DNA from: Batkoa obscura
Lineage: Eukaryota
Direction of reading: 5' to 3'
Assembly: GCA_030770535.1 (NCBI GenBank)
Contig: JASVEC010000014.1
Coordinates: forward strand, 806,001-870,000
Length of the DNA stretch: 64,000 nucleotides
A program made the position numbers and the translations under genes. Under the pieces are notes generated by a model. That model searched no databases. It had not been told where the DNA came from and saw only the letters and a list, made by a program, of their open reading frames with translations. Shown here one piece after another: positions 60,033-64,000 of the stretch. Numbering within the stretch: the first letter of the stretch is position 1; each line of letters opens with the position of its first letter.

Positions 60033-60568
60033 TGTTTAAAACTTTGCCTAAAATTTATAAGTTTTCAATGAAAAGCAAGTACCTGCGACACAGCTTTAAC
60101 TTATTTTGTTATAATACATGTTATAAGTTAGTAGAATTTCTACTGAATTTAATAGAAATTTCCGGATTAGTAAGGATTCTACTAACATAGCTTATATATT
60201 AATATTAATTAAAGTTATAATATATAAATAAATGCATATTCTTATAAAACTTCATTGAGAAATACTTATTACTGATTGCCCTATAGCTAATATTACAAAT
60301 TTGCTATCAAGTGAATAAGTTATTTTAATGCTATAACTATATTACTAGTATATTACTAAGTCAATAAATAGTTGAATGGGGAGAGTAGTCAGCCTCAAAG
60401 CGATAATTAGCCATCCCTATACAATACAAGTAATATAATAATAGTTTTTAATTATTATTACAATTACTTGCTCTTTGACTATTCATTAACCTAGCTACTA
60501 ATAATTTAAGTAACGTTAACATTTAATAATTTATTTATATCATTTAATAAACTATTTATTTACATAAT

Positions 60569-60672
60569 AAATGTGGATGTTTTTTTGATCTCATTACTTT
60601 TGCACTTTTTAAGCATTATTTGAGCAGAAAGATTGTTAGTAAAATTCTTAAACAAAAAAAACAACCTCAAAT
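60569..60672 (+). mobile_element. MITE copy with AAAT TSD
   Basis: AAAT on both sides; the intact element has a single AAAT at the equivalent site (~34734). Confidence 0.82.
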
Positions 60673-61244
60673 ATTAAAACTTTAAATTTTCTATTATTTA
60701 AAAAAATAAGCTGGAGTTTATTTTTATAGGCTCTACAACTTTAATTGGAATTATATCGCTTTTAGTCTATCGAATGCTGGATAATAACATAGTTTATTAT
60801 TGTGTTTAATAAAATGTAAATATTTTTTAATATCTTGTGTTTCTATTATTATTTCTTATTTTTATTTCTTTTGTATTTTTAAAAGCCATGTCTGCTTTCC
60901 TATTATTGACAATTGAGTTACTAATTCTATTATATTCATAAATAAAAATCTTGAATTTTGAAATTAATTGAATAACATCCTTATTTTATCTAATGCTTCA
61001 AAACTATTTTTCCATTATAGAAGATTTCTAAGATGTTTATTAATCATATATCTTTTTATAATGCTCAGCAAAAAAATCAAGATTAGTATTTAAACTATTA
61101 TTTATTTTATAAATTTCTTTGAGTATACAATATAAAAACTTTTAAAATTTATAACAATTTTTTTATATCTGCTTATATATTACTTTTTGTAAACTTTCTA
61201 AATAAAAGCTTTATAGATATTAAATTAATCAAACAATTTCTTGT

Positions 61245-61347
61245 ATATGAGGATGTATTTTTATGTAAGAATTTTACTAACAATTTTTCCACCTAAGTAA
61301 TACTTAAAAAATGGAAAAAGTAATGAAACCAAAAAGCACCTCCATTT
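61245..61347 (-). mobile_element. MITE copy at a deletion junction
   Basis: ATAT-GAGGATGTAT...CACCTCC-ATTT; flanks map to ~35337 and ~35759 of the intact element. Confidence 0.8.
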
Positions 61348-62941
61348 AAAAAATTTCGACTTAGTTACTGTTTGGCTTTTTAAATTGTTAAAATATTTAT
61401 TGCATATTATTTTCTACTTTTGTTTAATATATATTTACTATTTGATAAATGTTTGTTGTTATTGTTATTGTTATTATTAACTATTTTCAAATAATTACGT
61501 TGTTTTTTATTTATACTAAATCCAAAACTTTCGTATTTATCAAAAGAATATACTGAAGTTATAGTTGATGATAATGCTATTCATTAGTTTTTATTTTTTG
61601 TTTCCTTTAAAACATTAATTTTGTATATTACTTATTAATTTTATTAATAATATTGTTATTTTTTGTTTTTTTGTTTTATTATAAAATTTGGTAAACTCTA
61701 GGTTACAAAGAATTGTTAGAGTTAATATAGATGAATTATAATATTTGTATAGTGCGTTTCTCCTAATTATATTGAAATTTTTAATAAAAGTTCGAAACCA
61801 ATTCGAAGATCCTTATATATTGAAGTTCTTTTGTAACTTAAAAAATTATCTATAGCTACAGAAATTACCTTCATATTAAACTTTCATTTTTAAAAAGGTA
61901 AAAAGATATTTCTATAATAAAAGCTGTTAGATGCAACACATATCTGTCCGGACTCTGATTGTGTTAATATTAAATAGCGAAAATAAAAGAATATCATGCA
62001 TTTGACCCTCTGCTTGATTTACAATTTTACCTCTATAATATTATCCTCATTAATATAACGCTTGAAAGCATTGATATCTTACATAGCAAAAGGCAGCACC
62101 AAAAGCAACTAAAGAGTAATATAGTCAAGCCACGAATAATAATATGAACAATTTGAACTTTAGTATTATTATAATCTAACGTATCTGAGAGTTTATTGAT
62201 TTAGTGCATTCATAAAGTAAGGAAGATCTTCAGATGGATGTGTCCAATTTACATATTCAATCCGATGCTTTTTCTTCCTTTTTAATATCCTGTCAACCAT
62301 TAAATCAATTCTTATTAGCAATAGACCCATGAGTAAATGTTTAAAAAATGGAACAAGATCACAATTGAATTTTACTTTGGCGAGTTTATTTTTATTGAAT
62401 CTAAACATTTTGTCTTGAAAATTGACTAGAGGCTCATCTTTCAACAGTGGATTTAAAACTGTAATCTTAACACCTTCTTTCATATTATCCAAAACACAAC
62501 CAAATTGATTAATACTAGCACCAATCAGTATTAAATTCGTTGCTTTGTTTCTGTAAATATAATTGAATCATACTTGTACTCTTGTTTTCTTTATAATTAC
62601 AAATTATAAATTTAGGTCCATCACTGATTATATCTTCTCGGATAATGTTTAACAAACTTTTTCTACGTTTACCTTTTGAATTATATTCTCTCTTTCCTGT
62701 ATAAAATCCTTATATTATTTCGTTGATTTTTCTATTATTTACTGTTAAATAATGACTAACTTTACTATTAAAGATTATGTATTTCTTTTTTACTTTTGTT
62801 TTACTTCGTTATATTGGGCGGTAGGATGGATGCTGTCATTACTTTATTTATTTCATAGAAAACAGTGCCTATATACTATTTTAACTATGGTTTAGCCCAA
62901 TATTATATACATTTATATTACAATTTATTTTATTAAAAAAC

Positions 62942-63047
62942 ATATGGGGCTGTTTTTTTTGGTTTCATTATTTTTCCCTTTTTTAAGCACTATTTGAGTG
63001 GGAAAACTGTTAGTAAAATTCTTAAACAAAAAAATACATCCCCATAT
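62942..63047 (+). mobile_element. ~105-bp MITE copy
   Basis: ATAT-GGGGCTGT...ACATCCCC-ATAT. Confidence 0.9.
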
Positions 63048-64000
63048 CTTAATAAAAAAATTTAGTATTTTAGAACTACATTATATCTATAAGTTTATTT
63101 AAAGTTCACGTAAAGTATTAGCTATAGAGTGATTAAAGTACTAATTATAGCAGCCAATCTAAGCCAGAAGGCAAATTATTAGATTTCATGTTAATTTTTT
63201 TTGAAATTTAAAATTAACTAATAAAAGTAAGTCTTCTTAAATATTAGTTCTCAATAGAGTCATACTAATAGTTATATAAACCCGAAAGGATCCTCTACTG
63301 TCATTTATGACTACCAAAAAATTGATTATCAAAGGCTGAAAGAATTGGCACCGAGCCAGGAATAGTCCTGTAGAAAGATCCGTGGACAGTTCTATAAAGC
63401 AGGTTGAGCAAGGTGATCGATGGCATGAAGATGTTCAAGCTATGTATACTTGAATATTAGTTTATATAAGCAAAAAACGCATGATTTTCCTATAAAATCT
63501 CCATGTACTATACCTTAATATATTGGTTTATCAAATGATAATTATGCCTCATACTCTAACTTCATTTTATGGCATACTACTTTACTAAGCTCAAACGATA
63601 GTCTTTACATAATAAATTTTTTTATTTAAAATAAGGATAGATACAAAAACTGTTACTATAACTCCCTTGCATACCAAAGATGCTAATAATACTTAAAACC
63701 CTGAGAAAGTAGCTATTCCAACGAATTTGATCAGATGTAACAAATTAATGGTTTAAAGCGAAACACAAAACTATAAAATGTAAAAATAGCAAAAAAAACA
63801 ATCATTAGTTATAATATTAATAAAGCAACCAATACTATGATGTTTAACGCATTTTTATTTCCTTGGGACTTTATTGGTTTAATATATCTCCTAAATGCAT
63901 AAAGCCTTTGCGCAGATGTAAATAAGCTATATATCTAATCTTATATATATTCCTATCTTTAAGCATCTTACTAAACGTTAATTCAACTTTTATAGTAACA

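Larger units (their letters stand above)
59885..61818 (-). pseudogene. Decayed Sola-like transposon copy with internal deletions and three MITE insertions
   Basis: ATAT-GGGAATGTCCAAATCAGTTTCA...GAAACCAATTCGAAGATCCTT-ATAT; interior is colinear with 34220-36350 but broken by stops and indels. Confidence 0.85.

Noticed and set aside
62193..62640. 99-aa ORF and upstream LIGASIN resembling a decayed retroviral protease
   Set aside because: Catalytic D absent, frames broken, non-ATG start; cannot be assigned.
63280..63450. Locally GC-richer patch, possible ncRNA or exon
   Set aside because: No recognisable fold, ORF or splice context by eye.

Overview
Very AT-rich eukaryotic genomic DNA with many short GT-AG introns. 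The gene content (fused ATP-citrate lyase, intronless rhodopsin-family-like GPCRs, Kre9/Knh1-type GPI protein) suggests an early-diverging fungus, most plausibly Entomophthoromycotina/Conidiobolus-like; this is inference. Housekeeping genes: COX4, COA2-like, MPDU1, EDEM-like GH47-PA mannosidase, tRNA-Thr(AGT), CDC73, PPWD1, WrbA-type flavodoxin with a very long tail, ACL, MVP1, COQ7, SMC2. Accessory genes: two His-rich paralogs, three 7TM receptors, two GPI-type proteins and a bacterial-looking aminotransferase. Mobile DNA is the most striking part. There is a young, intact Ty3/gypsy element with identical 400-bp LTRs, a 4-bp TSD, a -1 frameshift signal and a degenerate dUTPase-like domain, plus two solo LTRs. 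There is also a Sola2-like DDD transposon family: one intact copy, one decayed copy, terminal remnants and about 15 copies of a ~105-bp ATAT-targeting MITE. Two near-identical inverted MITE copies bracket the intact transposase like the IS modules of a bacterial composite transposon. All calls were made by eye without database searches; exon boundaries of multi-intron genes are approximate.
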